A program made the translations under genes and the position numbers. The notes under the pieces are model-generated. The model was not told the origin of the DNA. It searched no databases and saw nothing but the letters and a program-made list of their open reading frames with translations. From the NCBI RefSeq assembly GCF_037042905.1, contig NC_087251.1, positions 22,818,001-22,878,000 of the forward strand: a DNA stretch of 60,000 nt. The letters run 5' to 3'. This DNA comes from Lytechinus pictus (taxonomy: Eukaryota). Below, in pieces: positions 11,401 to 25,363 of the stretch. Within the stretch, counting starts at the first letter, position 1. Each line of letters begins with the position of its first letter.

Positions 11401-14400
11401 CTTGTTGGATATTAGACAAAATTTAAGTTATTGTCTTGTTACCTATTTTATTACCCATTTATCTTTTCTCAACCATTGATACTTTTGTAGGCCATTGATA
11501 GCCAAGTATGATGGTGATCTTTGCCTAGAGCAGAAAGCTACAGCCATGTTTCAAGGATCAGATTCTCATTCAGTACTGACGTTGCTTTATCACTTCACAA
11601 ACCTCTCAAAGATAGATCACATGGAAGGGTTACAAATCTTGAACTCTACACCTCAGCTGGGTAAGTTTCCTCTTGTAATTTTAGATATTTTACAAGAGAA
11701 AAGATGAGATGGAGAAGAATATAGAAAGAAATGACTAGATAAAAAAGGAAGAGGAAGGGAAAGGCAAGTATAAAAGGAAAGTACAAAGAGTACACTGGTA
11801 GTATGTGCATCAATGTATTATTATCATTATGATTACACATATGACAATTATTTATTCAGAGGGGAAAAAATATATATTGGCAACAATCTGAACTGCATTT
11901 ATTATTTTATTTATAAATTTAGATTTTGAAAATGGCTATCCCATAGAATTCACCCTTAGATTTCTACAGTAGGGATTAGATACACTCTAATTTAGATTTA
12001 TTATTATTGCTGTTGTTGGTAATATTATATGTAATCTGTGTTAATGTGTATGAAAAATGTATTCTCTGTCATGACATTGCTTTTCCAGAATGGACACGGG
12101 GCAGCAATGGTGATGAAGCTAAGACTGTGAGGTTTGCTGACAGCAAGGAGCGTGTTGACCAAAAGCGAGATTGCACCATCTACAGGAGTTTCCTAGCGAT
12201 GTGGAATGTTACGTTAGCATTACTGCACAGTGCTAATCCAATGAGTAATCACAAGGACCGTGCAGCCTCTAGTCCACCTGCGATATCTGTAGTGTCTCCT
12301 GAGGACCACCATCGATCGAGAACAGGAACTCCTGGAACAGTTAGGAATGGTCATTTGGGGTCTGCAGATAATGCCTCTTTGGAAACAGCAAAGTCTGTAG
12401 ATATTGAAGATGATGATACGAGCTGGCAGACTTGTGTTGTTGGTAGGCTGAGATCAGCAAAGGAACAGATTGCAGAGATTATACCTCTGACATACAGGGT
12501 TGAAATTATAGAGAATCTCTTCTCTGTGTTGTTCGCAAGATATGAAGACATCCAAACTCTTGAGAGTGATGCCATGATGTCTGATAGCGGAGGAGAGGAG
12601 GGCCATGTGGATGAGGAGTGGAACAACATGAGCTTTAACACCAGTCTTGAAAGTGTGGAAAGCCCTCTCAAGGAAGGTTCACTCCTGACTGAGTTCACCT
12701 TCTCAACAATTCTTGAGAAAAGTTCGTCTGTTAGTGTCGACCAGCCTGTAATGAATGGCCAGATTAAAGACAGAACCCAAAATATCATTGAGGACACACT
12801 CACACCTACAATGATTGCTGACAGCAATGTGCTTAAAAATGCTGATATGCATCAGCTGAAATACGGAAAGAGGACCAGCTCTGAGACTACTAACAGTTTG
12901 CAGAGTTATCTGAATCACTTTGAGTCGTCAGTCAACAAGGTCGGTTTCATCACGAATCGAAGGTTCATGCAGGAACTCTTGACAATGCTCAAGGAATGTA
13001 TTGAGGATGTGAATACTGCCAAACTTGCCAATATTGTGTCGAAGGGACAATCCAAAGGGTCATCTGACGAGACCCTCCAATCACATCTGTTGACATCGGT
13101 ACCTCAGGCACATCTTGCCCAGCGTATTGCCCAGCTTACCAAGAGAATCAATGAAGCTCGTTGGCGTTTTCAATTGGTTTCCAGTCATCAAGCCAATGTC
13201 GATGATGAGGACAAGTTTGATGAGAAAGTAGAGGAGGAAGCAGTCATCAAATCTTTCTTTGAAGCCAGAAGCGATGAAAATGGGGAGGAAAAGAAGAAGA
13301 GAAAAAGAACTTCATCTAAACGAAATGGAAGTAGAAGCAGGAGTGCATCAGGTTTGAGATTTATTTCATATTTAACCACCAAAAATATTTTGGAGATATT
13401 TTTCTCAAAGAAATCAAAAGATCCTAAATATATTCATGGACTTACAAACAATTTGAACATATATTTGAATTTCATTATGGATATATGTGTATCTTAAGCC
13501 AGAGTATAGGATAAGCCAGGATATGGAGGGATCTATTAACTTTGGAACTCAATATTTGTGTATATATATACTAATATTATGCCCATTTAAATTGATATGC
13601 ACATTTTGTTGATGTTCACATGAAATCAGTTAAAATTATACTCTAATCAATACGCCAGCTGAAGCTTATCAAGATAGCATTCCTCTGTTGGGGCAACCAA
13701 ACATCTCTATCAAAGAGTTAGCTGCTCATGTTCAGCTTATTGAAAAGTCATGGTTGCCAGTGTCCCCTTAAATATAGTATGGTAACTTTATCTTTTTATA
13801 TTTGGAGTTCAGATTTAGACAGGACAGATTATTTCAAAGAAAAAGTGATCTCCCCCCCAAAAAATTTGAATTTCAAAGATCTTGTAACACCAGTGATTAT
13901 GTGTTATGCAGTATGATGTTCATTACTAGTTAATTAGGAATTATAAAAAATTTGCCAGCTTACTTAGATTTGTTGTGGCTAAAATAATCTTTGTATTCCA
14001 CTTGAATACATGTATTTCACTTCCAGTAATTTCTTTGCCATTACTAATTTCTTGAAGTATATTTATTCATATGTCATCAGCATGCAAACTAACAAACATT
14101 ACACATGACAGAGATGGTATATTACACTTATATTAGCCTCTGTCATAAGACAGTGCAATTAACTCTAATCAATAACCTCACCACATCTTTTTTTAAAGCA
14201 AATGAATGTTAAAATATTTTTTTTTATTTCTAACAGTATCACTTGTTCTAAATGCCTTGTCTTAAAAACCTCATACAATATTATTCTAGGTAAATTTTTA
14301 TTTAAATGAAATGACTAATAAAATGCTAATTTAATTGGCTTATTTAATGTATATAGGTCTAAATTGATTGAATTCAAATAGGGCGAATAATAATGACATT

Positions 14401-17400
14401 CACCACAAAGACTTCATCTTTATGTGAATAGGATGTTCATCTAAAATATGTTATAGATTTAATACAAGGCCATATATTACATGTATATCCTTAGATTTGA
14501 TAGTTGCATTAAAGGTCCAATCTTAAAGGCATAGACTTTGCCACGACTCATACAACAAACAAAAAACAAAACATGCTGGAAATGACTGTGATATCTTAAA
14601 AAAGAGGTATCTCAGACATGCCTAATTTGTGAAAGCAAAATAGATTAATTTGTCTCGTAAGTCATGGCAGCATATTTACCAATAATCTTGGGCCTTAATA
14701 CTGCATTCATTTTTCATATTCATATAATTTGCATCGGTTATCTCACTCATAAATGCATGCCTACAATCTTTTTTATATGCAAACATGTCTCCACCAAATT
14801 AATATTCTATTAATTTTTTTTATGTTTTGTAATGTTCATCAATTACCACAGTCATGCGTGCACATCCCACAATTTCTTTCACACACACCCCTACATGTAT
14901 ATCACCCCTATCAATAAATGGCTTCTGCAAGTTATGTCATTTAGTTGTGTTCCCATGTACTGTTGAATGGACGCTGGAGAAGATTGGTATCACATTTGTC
15001 GTACGTCTTGCCTTTAGGCTGGAGTAGTTCTGAGCCGGGAAGTGGTAACATGTCAACGCAATCCCAGACACACCTGAGTGCAGGTCCGATGTCTGCAGGT
15101 TAGCCATATGTGTCCTGTCATGTCTTGTCTTGTCTTGTAAGAAGCTTTAGTGCAGTCACTGCTTGATAGTAACAATTAATTTCAATTTGGCCAAAATTCA
15201 AAGTTGATAGATTTGCAGCACTTAAATTTTATTTTAGTCTGTAGAATTAATTGATTTATATTAATTGGAATATAGAGTTTCATTTCTGCTTATTTAGTTT
15301 TTTGGTCTTACAGAAACAATTTGTTAACTGTAAAGTATACATGTATACATTGTATGTATATCTATGCCAATGTATCAAATATTTATCTGCAAAATGCTTT
15401 GGTATTTTTTAAAGGGAACATAATTTTGATCATGAATACATCACACTCTTGACACTATAGAGCCTTGCCTCTCTTTGGTACAGTATAGTTACATTTAGCA
15501 TTCACACAAAAACAAGAAAATGTGGCAAAATAATTAATAAAGACCTGAACATTATTATGCCTTAGGTGAAGGGTGAGCTCATGATATATTTTTGTAAAGT
15601 AGTATACTTTACTAACCATGATATATACACAACAAAAAAAGTAAGTCCCCCCTTAACAAACAAACATCAATAATTTCCGAACCAATGCGATTTTTCAATA
15701 TATTTTTACATGAGCGTATAGGTAATTTTATAAGCTACCCTCTGAGTAAATGTTATGGACATATTTTACGTCATGCTTCAGTGAGCACCGTCAGAAGGCA
15801 AAAATGTCATTTTTCAAAAGTCACAAGCCAAATATCATGACTTTGATTCCATTTTATTGGAACTAATTCTACATTCTCATCATGAAAAATAGTCAGAAGG
15901 CTTGTAAAAGGTACTTCATAAAAGACGATACAACTTTTTTGGCTAAATTTCACGGTTGAATAAACAGAAGTCCAAATTTGCTATGATTGGATTTTTTACA
16001 CATTTTTATCAATAAAAATGATAGAATATGATGACAGTTATTTTGGGGAAGAGTATCTTCAACAATATTCATTGTTTCACGGTTCAATGAACATTTATTG
16101 AAAACCAAAAATACGACTTTCAAATATCATAGGCAAGTATTTTTTCATTTTGGTAACTGAAACTGATCTTTTATCAACTTTTTTGTTATGTTCATGACCA
16201 ATTAACATGCTTCAATGATTCAAAGGCGTTTAATTAAACATTCACGCTTGAATGAACATGTATAATGTGATTAACTCTTTTTTTACGTTATTGGAAAAAA
16301 TGCAATTTGTAACTATGGATATCTGTCACAAACCTCCTTGCATGGTTCATTTGATTTGATTTTTACAAAAATCCAGATGATTAATGCATCAGTGAGCACA
16401 CAATATTAGAAAATTATGCAAGTGATAAGAAAGTTCAAGGCCTTGGCCCCACTCTGTGCCGTATCGAATTGTTATTTTGGTGTGCGCACCATTTGGATAG
16501 TGTTACTCCGAAGCCATGTGCGAAGTTTTATGAAATAACTGTTGGCAGAAGTAACAAAAACCGTCCATGAAACAAACCCTCATTTGTTAAAATTTTGACT
16601 TCCTCTCTCATAGACTTGTGTACATTATGGGTGCATATGTTTAAGAATAAGTAACCCCTTATTCAATATGGTGGAACTTTTTTTCAAGGCTGTCTTTAGC
16701 AATATCATTTGGCAGTTATGTTTATCAACCTATCGGCAGAATTCTGTGCAAAAATGAAATCGATTTGTTCATTTATGGATGAGTGAGCACGCATCAAAGT
16801 GGGAAAATGGGTATTTTCAATGTCACAGACTCATTTTAAAGGGTAATAAGGTGAATATTGGGGGCAACTTCGGTTTCAAATGTGACTTTAATTTCTGTTG
16901 CTTTATCATCCATCATTTCTATCACCACACACTTTCCGAACTTTTAACATTTTCATGGTTGAGCGAGCACATTCGAATGCTTAGGAATGAATACTCTTTA
17001 TACTGCATAAATGTATTATTTTCCTAACAATTTCTCACGATCAGTTAGATTTATGTACAAATCAGTGGTGGATCCAGAATTTTAAAATGGGGGAGGGGCC
17101 TATAATAAGGGGAGCCACCAACATTTTCAAATTTTAATATGACCTAACAAGTTGTAGAGGATACTACCAAAAAACCTTATGATGATACGTCACAATACAG
17201 GGGCCGCGGAACGGTTTTCAAAGTGTGGGGGAGGGGCTGAGCCAAAAGTGGGGGAGGGGGCTGACCATGCAAAAAATTACAATTGTATGGTCATTTTTAC
17301 ATTTTTGTACATGCTTTTGGAAAAAAGTAGGGGCTGAGCCCCCCCCCCCCCCCACCCGCTTCCGCGGCCCCTGCAATATTGTGCCCACTCAACCATGAAC

Positions 17401-20400
17401 ATACGATATCAAAATTGTGTGTGGAGTGGCTAAATGATGGATAGTAAAACAGCATTAACACCATAAAATTCACCTAAAAACAACTTTTGCCCAACTTTGT
17501 ATTTGCACAATCTGAAAAACGACTCTTGTGACTTTCAAAAATTGTCATTTTTAATTCAATCTTTAATTACTCATGCATGACTCAACCGATGAATCTCATT
17601 TTCCCCCAGGAGTTGCTTAATGAGTGCAGAAAACCACCTACGAAATATCATATCTCAAAATAATTCCGTTCAAAAGTTACAGCAGTTTGATTTAGGGGGG
17701 ACTTACTTTTTTTGTTGTGTATAGATCAATCATCTCTGAGAGAAAGCAGAATATGAGAGAAGCAGAAAGGTCATATTCTGAAGTTTGAAGTAAAATGAAG
17801 TCAGAAAATCTTCGGCTGTCTGGCAGACTTGCCTCTTCTATAGTAATCATAATGCTATCCCCAAAATATTTTTTTTTTAAATGCTGAAAAAGAAACTTTG
17901 ATTAGTAAAGAGAAAGGCACTATAAGAAACATTATCTTTTTCTCTGACTTTCTCACACTTTATTGGCCAAATGTGATTCTTTCACATGTATATTTGAAAC
18001 GATTGTCAATAAAAATCCCACAAAAATTGAACTGATCATTCCCTTTTCCCATATTTTTCTGTTTCATACAAGTTCAACTAGATTACACGTAGATTCCTTT
18101 TAAGATATTGCCACTTTTAATAGTACATGTAGTTACATTCAAGTTAAAATTCAGCATTGCTTGTAGATGTAACAGTTTCATAGGAAATAGAATCCATTGC
18201 AAACATTTACCAAAGACAAGTGAATATTTTCTTTTTGTAAATGGTCTCAATTTGTTTAATTCATCATAAAAAAAGAAACAAAATGCAATAATCATCCATA
18301 CCCTCATTCGATATCATTATTGATATATTTTTCAAACTGACTGAGCAATGTAAAATAGCTATAGCTGTAGAATAGTTATAACTTGAGTTGCTGATTATTA
18401 TAAGATCCAAAATCCAAGTACATCCTCCGCCAGACTTGCCAGGACCTGTTGACATACATGTATTTTCAGTCATTGTTACTTGATGCTTGATTTCTGAATC
18501 ATTATCATGGCTTTGTTAGGTAATAGCAGCGGCACCGAAAGAAGAAAAAGAAGGAAGCATAAGAAGTGTAGCTCCCATCGAGGATCCATCAGTCCTAAAC
18601 CTTTTCTTCATCATGACAGCAGCATCGTGGCTCAGATGCTGGCCTCAGAGGATACCCTGCTTAGGATGTGCCTCAGAAGGGGAAACTTTGCACAGGCACA
18701 ACAGGTTATGATAAAGATGATCCAACATTTTAATTTCAGCAGTAATTGCAACTTTCTTAGTTCCTTATCCAGAACATTGGTTTAAACCTATAACTATAGT
18801 CTTGTAAAATATGAAGTTTACCTATGGGTAGCCATATGCGACACAGTGGTAGATGTTCATTTTATCAGTACATTTGGCCATCAAACTATTAAGAATGTTT
18901 GGGAATGAAGACTACTTGATTTTTTATCTCTGTTTTGAAATGGGAAAATAGCCCAGTAAACTTAAGAAACATACAGTTAAGATATTTCGGAACGAAATTA
19001 TACCGTGGATTATTAAGATAAGGGTTTTAGGGGATATATATCTGCTTTAAGTCCTTGAATATGTAAGATGAACGTTGTTAGTGTATATCCTTTGTTTTGT
19101 TGTAGGTCATCAAGATATTTGACATGAAGGACAAACCAGAGGTATCTGAAGTTCACTTTGCATCGCACTGGCAGCAGGCTGTTGGAAAACTCAAAATCCT
19201 GGATAAGTCCAAGAAAGGTTCCTCCTCCAGCAGCACTGTTACCTCTACACAGCAGCCTAAGACTGGAGGAATACTTGGAAGCATCGCATCAATTGCTGCT
19301 GCTGGTATTGCATCACTATCTTTGTCCGGTGTCATTGATGATCTACTGAACAGTTCAACCTTACCGATGCTACCTCAGATTGAAGACATCAGTGGAGGAG
19401 TGGTAGCAGGTGCTAGCCCTGGCTCAAGAGGTGGTAGCAGTATGCTGTGGCAACAACTCAATTCAATTAACATTTCTTCTATGATCATTTTTGATCTTGC
19501 ATGCACTGCCAGCCATTCTTGGAAAACCTGCAGCGAGCTATTGGATGTGGCTATGAGTCGTCTCAACGTGGATTCTGTTCCAGAACATGGCAGTCCTGGA
19601 CCTGAAGTGAAACTTACCAGTTCATCTCAGGTTGTGTCAAGCCCCAAATTGGATCAGTCGCAGTCTCTGCTTGGAATATCAGCATTCCTTGGACAGCTAC
19701 ATAACCTGATAAACCCAATCTCTTCCAGTTCAACCGCTTTAATTCGTCCTGAAGTCATGGAGTATTTCCAGCGATGTGCCTTGGATGCTCTCACAACTGT
19801 CTCTGCTCCCTTGGAGCCTTCAACCCTCCGTGCTCATGTTAACTTTGTTCTTGAAGTCCGTAGAGGACTAGAGCTTATGACCAAGGCCCTTCAAGCATAC
19901 CAGGCGGATGAAGAGTGTGGCCTCGCTGAACTCTCTCTCAAGTTTGGAGATAGCCCCAAGCATACCAGTAGTCCTAAACGGGGTGCTCGCCACCCCAGCC
20001 CAAAGCAGAGTCCTACCAAGACTAAGACTAAGCAGAAGGTTTCTGATATTAATCATTCAGTACACCAGCTACTCATTGCTCTTGATAAGAATGTGATGCC
20101 TAGTTTTATGATGGCCTTTCCAAAGAATCGAAGATCTGATGATCAACCAGTTAACCCAGCTAACTATCTTCTGACTCTTTATAACCATCTCAATGTCTTG
20201 GCTTCTCTTGCTCAGGATGCACAAGGTTGGCAACCAGGTAAGACAGTGTTTGGACTGCTAGGGATATATAACAATGTATTTCCAACATTCAAAATGTGCA
20301 TTCATGCCTTCAACAAAACATGAGAACCTAAGTTATTTAAACATAAAAAAAATATATTTATGGTGTCCATACTATATCAAGCCTGAAATGGCCACCTTAT

Positions 20401-23400
20401 ACAAAAAGTTAATAAATGAAATGATTACTTGTCTTAGAAGCTAAGTATAATTCATTCACTTATAAAATTGAAGTGATCAATCTAACTGTTTAACAGGTAA
20501 TATTTGCTCCTGATTCATGAGAAGTTTATTTCTGACTCTGTTATGCCTATATGACACACATAGATTGTAGACTTATTGGAGTGTTAATATATATTCTTCA
20601 TTTCAGTGATGTGTAAAATGGTTAAAGTGTTATTTTATTTTGTTAATTTTCATTAATGCGGTACATTCTCGCTCACTTTCATCAGATAAGCCTAATATAT
20701 ATATATACATTATTTATATGAAGGATTGATCAATTTCTTATACCGTCTCGGGAGACAAACCATTTATTTGTTTATCCAATATCATCCTTTATATTACAGG
20801 GAGTGAGAGGCAGTTAAAAGTGGAACGAGACCTGTGTCAAAACCCATTTAGTATCCTAGCAGAAAGTCCCAGTCTCTTACTTGGTCGGCTGATGTTTGCT
20901 AATCAGATTCCACCTGTCAGGTATGTACTTGAACTTGACCTTTTACACTTAGTTACATGTACATGTATTTCTATGTTTCTATGTGCAAAGTTAATTGAAA
21001 ATCAAAGGTGAATATTTTAAGATACCATCTTTTGGATTTGTGTTATTTAGCTGTCCATCAAAATTATGTATGACCCTTCAAATAATTTTGATGTGAAGTA
21101 GAGTTCTTCTTACTTGTAAGTAAATGTTACTCTATTTGGTTTTCTAATAATTGCAATGTAATTGTGGCAGGAATAATTGTCGCATTTGAAATATGCACTT
21201 ACAGGTTACAAAGTTATTTTGTGGGTAAGAATCTGTTTGGCTCTTCGAATTCAAATGGAAACTTAAACCTTACCTTGAAAATCATCACTAGTAGGTGTAT
21301 AAAGGGTCAGTCTTTGCTGTTAAAATATAGGATGTGAATCATATGCCATGCAATTTTGCAGGTACTTTTAATTTATTCTTGTGTGACTTTTATCCTTGTG
21401 AATATTGATTAATTAGCATGATGACATTTTCTTTATCTCCTCTCTACTCCATCCCAAACCAATTCATAGCTTATACTTCTCTATTGTTTATGTTTGGATT
21501 ACTGTGTTTTAAACAAACAATGTTTTACTCTGTTTCTCTGTATACACTTTCAGGTTAGAGAGTGTTGCTAGTGAATTGAGGTTAAACCTGATTCAAATCA
21601 TCATGCAGAGCTGCTGTCCTGCCATCCCTATGATGCCCCACTCTTCTGTCATTGATACACCTGCCCCACCCCATACAGTAGATAATGTGACTGTACTCAA
21701 TGAAGGGGGCGTGGCAGGGGAGTGGCCTCACCCTGTGAGGAGACCATGTGTGGTCGTTGAAGAGCTTCTCACCAAGATCATCTCTCTCATGATGAGTGAG
21801 TTACACATTTCTTCCAGTGTGTATTATTCATCTAAACTACCTTGAAGTGGTTTCATTCCATTCTTTTTAATTTGATTGAGTGATGGTAATAAATCTTCTA
21901 CATCTCTCTGTCCTGTCCCATATTATTATCAGTTTGGGCAACATGCTTTTGCATTCAGTGATCCCACTCATGAATAATATTCTTCTACATATGTATCACT
22001 CCACTTCTCTCGAGTCCTTCATAGTACTTACTGAAAACAAAAGTTTGTATCCTTATTTGATGTTAGCTGTTTTTAGATTAGGATTTTTATGCCTTCGCCC
22101 ATTGTAGTTAATTGTCAGAGGCATAATGAGTTATCCATTTATCTGCATGTCCATTTTCATTCACATAATAATTGAAGAACCCTGTTACAGATCTACTTCT
22201 TACTTGGCTTTTGTATCCATGGTGATCTGATTTAATTTGGGGTCATGTCAAAGGTCATGTTAAACCTGAAAATATCTTGTTGTTCTTGTTGTAATTAAAT
22301 AACCATTTGACTCATCCATAGGGATTAATGATCTTATTACATTTTTGGCCCATTATGGTTAAAATTCATTTTGTAATGAAATTATCTTAGTCTCTTGATA
22401 AGTGAAGAACATGCTGAGGATTCAACTTCAGACTTGGCTCATGTATCCACATCCGTAATCTTCACAACAACTGTATTAAACACCTCCCTTGAGAATAATC
22501 CTTCTCTTCATAATTAATTTCTGAATTCCTCTCTCTTTCTTTCAGAGCATGTATCTGGTGAGGGATCAGATGCTGCCTTTGAGCTGAGTTCTGCTGCTGG
22601 TGCATGCTCTACCCCTGAGTACTGGGACATAGTCATGTCTACAAGGGAACTCAAGCATGTAGACATGGATCTCCTACAAACCAATGAAGATAAGCTGTGT
22701 TTCTTCACCAATCTCTTCAATCTCATGCTTGCCCATGCTGCTTTGCATCATGCCACACTTCAGATGAATGAAAAGGTAGGATATGTTATCACATAACTCA
22801 TTATCATGGTTAGTAAGAAGGTATTGTTACAAGCTACTGAAGTAGGGGAATTATATTGGTTGAATATTGGTTGAGTGCACATTTGTTGTAGAATCCTATT
22901 AAATTGTATGATTCTTTATCAGGTGCCCTGTTATATAGAACTTGTTATCAATGGTTATTGTTAAGGGCTACTGAAATGGTACAATTTGATTGGTTGAGAG
23001 AGGATCATACGTTTGATTTAAAATTTAGTTTGTGTGCTTTATAGTGTGATCGAGCAGTGATATATACAGAAGCGCCATGGTGTAGCGGTTCTGACTCTCA
23101 CCTTGTATCAGAGGGTCGTGTGTTCAAATTCCGCCATGGCCTAGCATCCTTTGGCAAGGCGTTAATCCACACTTTGCCACTCTCACCCAGGTGCTAATTG
23201 GGTACCGGTAGGAAACAACCGTCATTGTGGTTGGTTTAGCAAGTGTGCGCCTAACAGGCTGCTAGAAAGCTATGAATCCAGTGACAGGGTAATGATAATT
23301 GTGAAGCGCTTTGAGCAGTCGTAGATTGATAAAGCGCTATATAAAAGCCAATTATTATTATTATACCCAGGGGTGTTGTGCTGGCCTAGCCCCCTGGATT

Positions 23401-25332
23401 CCCATTTCCATTTAGACGTAGCACTGTATATTTTGATATTTTAACATACTTATTTTTATTCACATCAACTTTTTACAGGGACCATGTGGTTCAAGTTTGC
23501 AACAGTTCAATCATCATCAATTATATGTATTATTCTTCTTATTTAATGCAGTATATTATGAGTTTTTGCCAAAAGAGTATTATTTTTTATATCTCTTATG
23601 ATTCAGGGCAATACCTTTACACTGGGTCATACGCGGCATTACTCTCTTGGGCGTGGGGCTACTAACCCTGGGTCTATCATGCTGACCTCCCCTGGTATCA
23701 ATAGTGGAATGGTCCTTGACCAACTTAGTTATCTGTCTAGCATGGCTTATAGAGTTGGTCAAATGGGGGTCATCAGGTAAGTTTCTGAAAATATGCTTAT
23801 GAATTCACCTACAAGTATGTCAAGATGTAGTTGAAAATAAATCTTGTTATGGAATAGAGTGAGGTTATTGGTGTTGACTGGGATATACCTACTTACTGCA
23901 CAAGTCTATAGATATTTCAGAATTCAGTAGACAACAGATTAAGATTATGGAATGTTAGTATTAAGATTAGTATTGACTGAACACATTTGTTTTATGCATG
24001 TTTCATCCACTTCTATTTTCATTTGAATATTCTGTGAACATCTGTATGATCTAGACATTTCCAGCAAGTAAAAAATGGGTCAATGTCTTGTTTGATTGGT
24101 TTTGCAAATTCTCTTGAACACTGTCACTTGCATGAACAGGTAGTCTGTTGGAATGTATATTGATTGTTTTACGTATTGGTTGAAAGTTTACTTTTCACAT
24201 GCTTGCCAAAAAGAATTTTAGGAGTTACATGTTCCAGTTGCATTTGTTCAGTGAAGACAACTGGTTTGTGTAATGCATGAATGATGTAGCCCTTATGGAC
24301 ATCTATTAAAATATCTATTTTCTCTGTATCTCACAGTGCATTTGATCTCCATTATGTCATTCTGCGATCATCATTACCTGTCCCTTTAGTCTTTGGAGAT
24401 ATCTTACAACATAGACTTCATGGTATGTCAATAGAAAATGTAATTGTCATGTCAATTTGAAAGTCTGCCCTGTATCTATTTCATTTAAATTTAGTAAATA
24501 GTTATATGTGCATTTTCCAAATCTTCACTTGTAAATTTGAAAAGCACCATAAATTATATGTAGCAGGGCAAAGGTCCTCTGACAAAGTAAACAAGTAAAT
24601 ACAATAAACTGAGATGAAAATAGGCAGAATATAAAAATATACAGAATGTGGTTTTGAAATGATGGTGATTTATATTTTAGTTATCCACACAAATGCTCAG
24701 ATTTTAATCTAAACCAATATGCAGAAATTCTATATCTACTTATTCTCATTGACATTCAATCGTCTTTTGACAAAATATTTGTACTAAAGTGTTATGTCGC
24801 AATTATTCATCTTCATTCAAGATGTCCAAGTGTCTGTGATGACAGCAGTTTCTAACTCATAGCAACAGCTAGTTTTTAATCCCCAGCTCCAACCCACTGC
24901 TTTGGTCATGGATTTCTTGTTTGCATGCATCGTAATGATGTATGCGATGGCATTGTCACTGAGTAATCTATTCTTTTAGCATTACTAGTTTTAATACATG
25001 TTTCTTTTCTAGTATTGGGAGAGGATGATCCATGGTTGAAGTACATCCCATCCCCTGACTCTAGAATCACCTTTGTGTTTTGCAATGGGTCTGCCTCATC
25101 ACCACGTCTCAGGGTTAGTTCATTGCATACTTTGTATTTATCCTCTTGTGATTTACTTAATATCTTACATGTGATAATGTATACCTTCCATTTATTTTAT
25201 AAGAATAGATTTTAAATGCGACTTTCCATGTTCATCAAAAATTAACAAAGTGGTTAATTTTCGTGGAGTTTGGTTTTACTATTATTGTCTCGCCTGCATA
25301 GCAGAGCGAGACTATAGGCGCCGCTTTTCCGA

Positions 25333-25363
<31 letters not shown>

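Noticed and set aside
12351..13382. Antisense ORFs over exon 8 (similar ones over exons 11, 14, 20, 27)
   Set aside because: Shadow ORFs of real coding exons
16779..17027. ORF inside the mariner-like element as a transposase
   Set aside because: 82 aa with no HTH or DDE/D motifs
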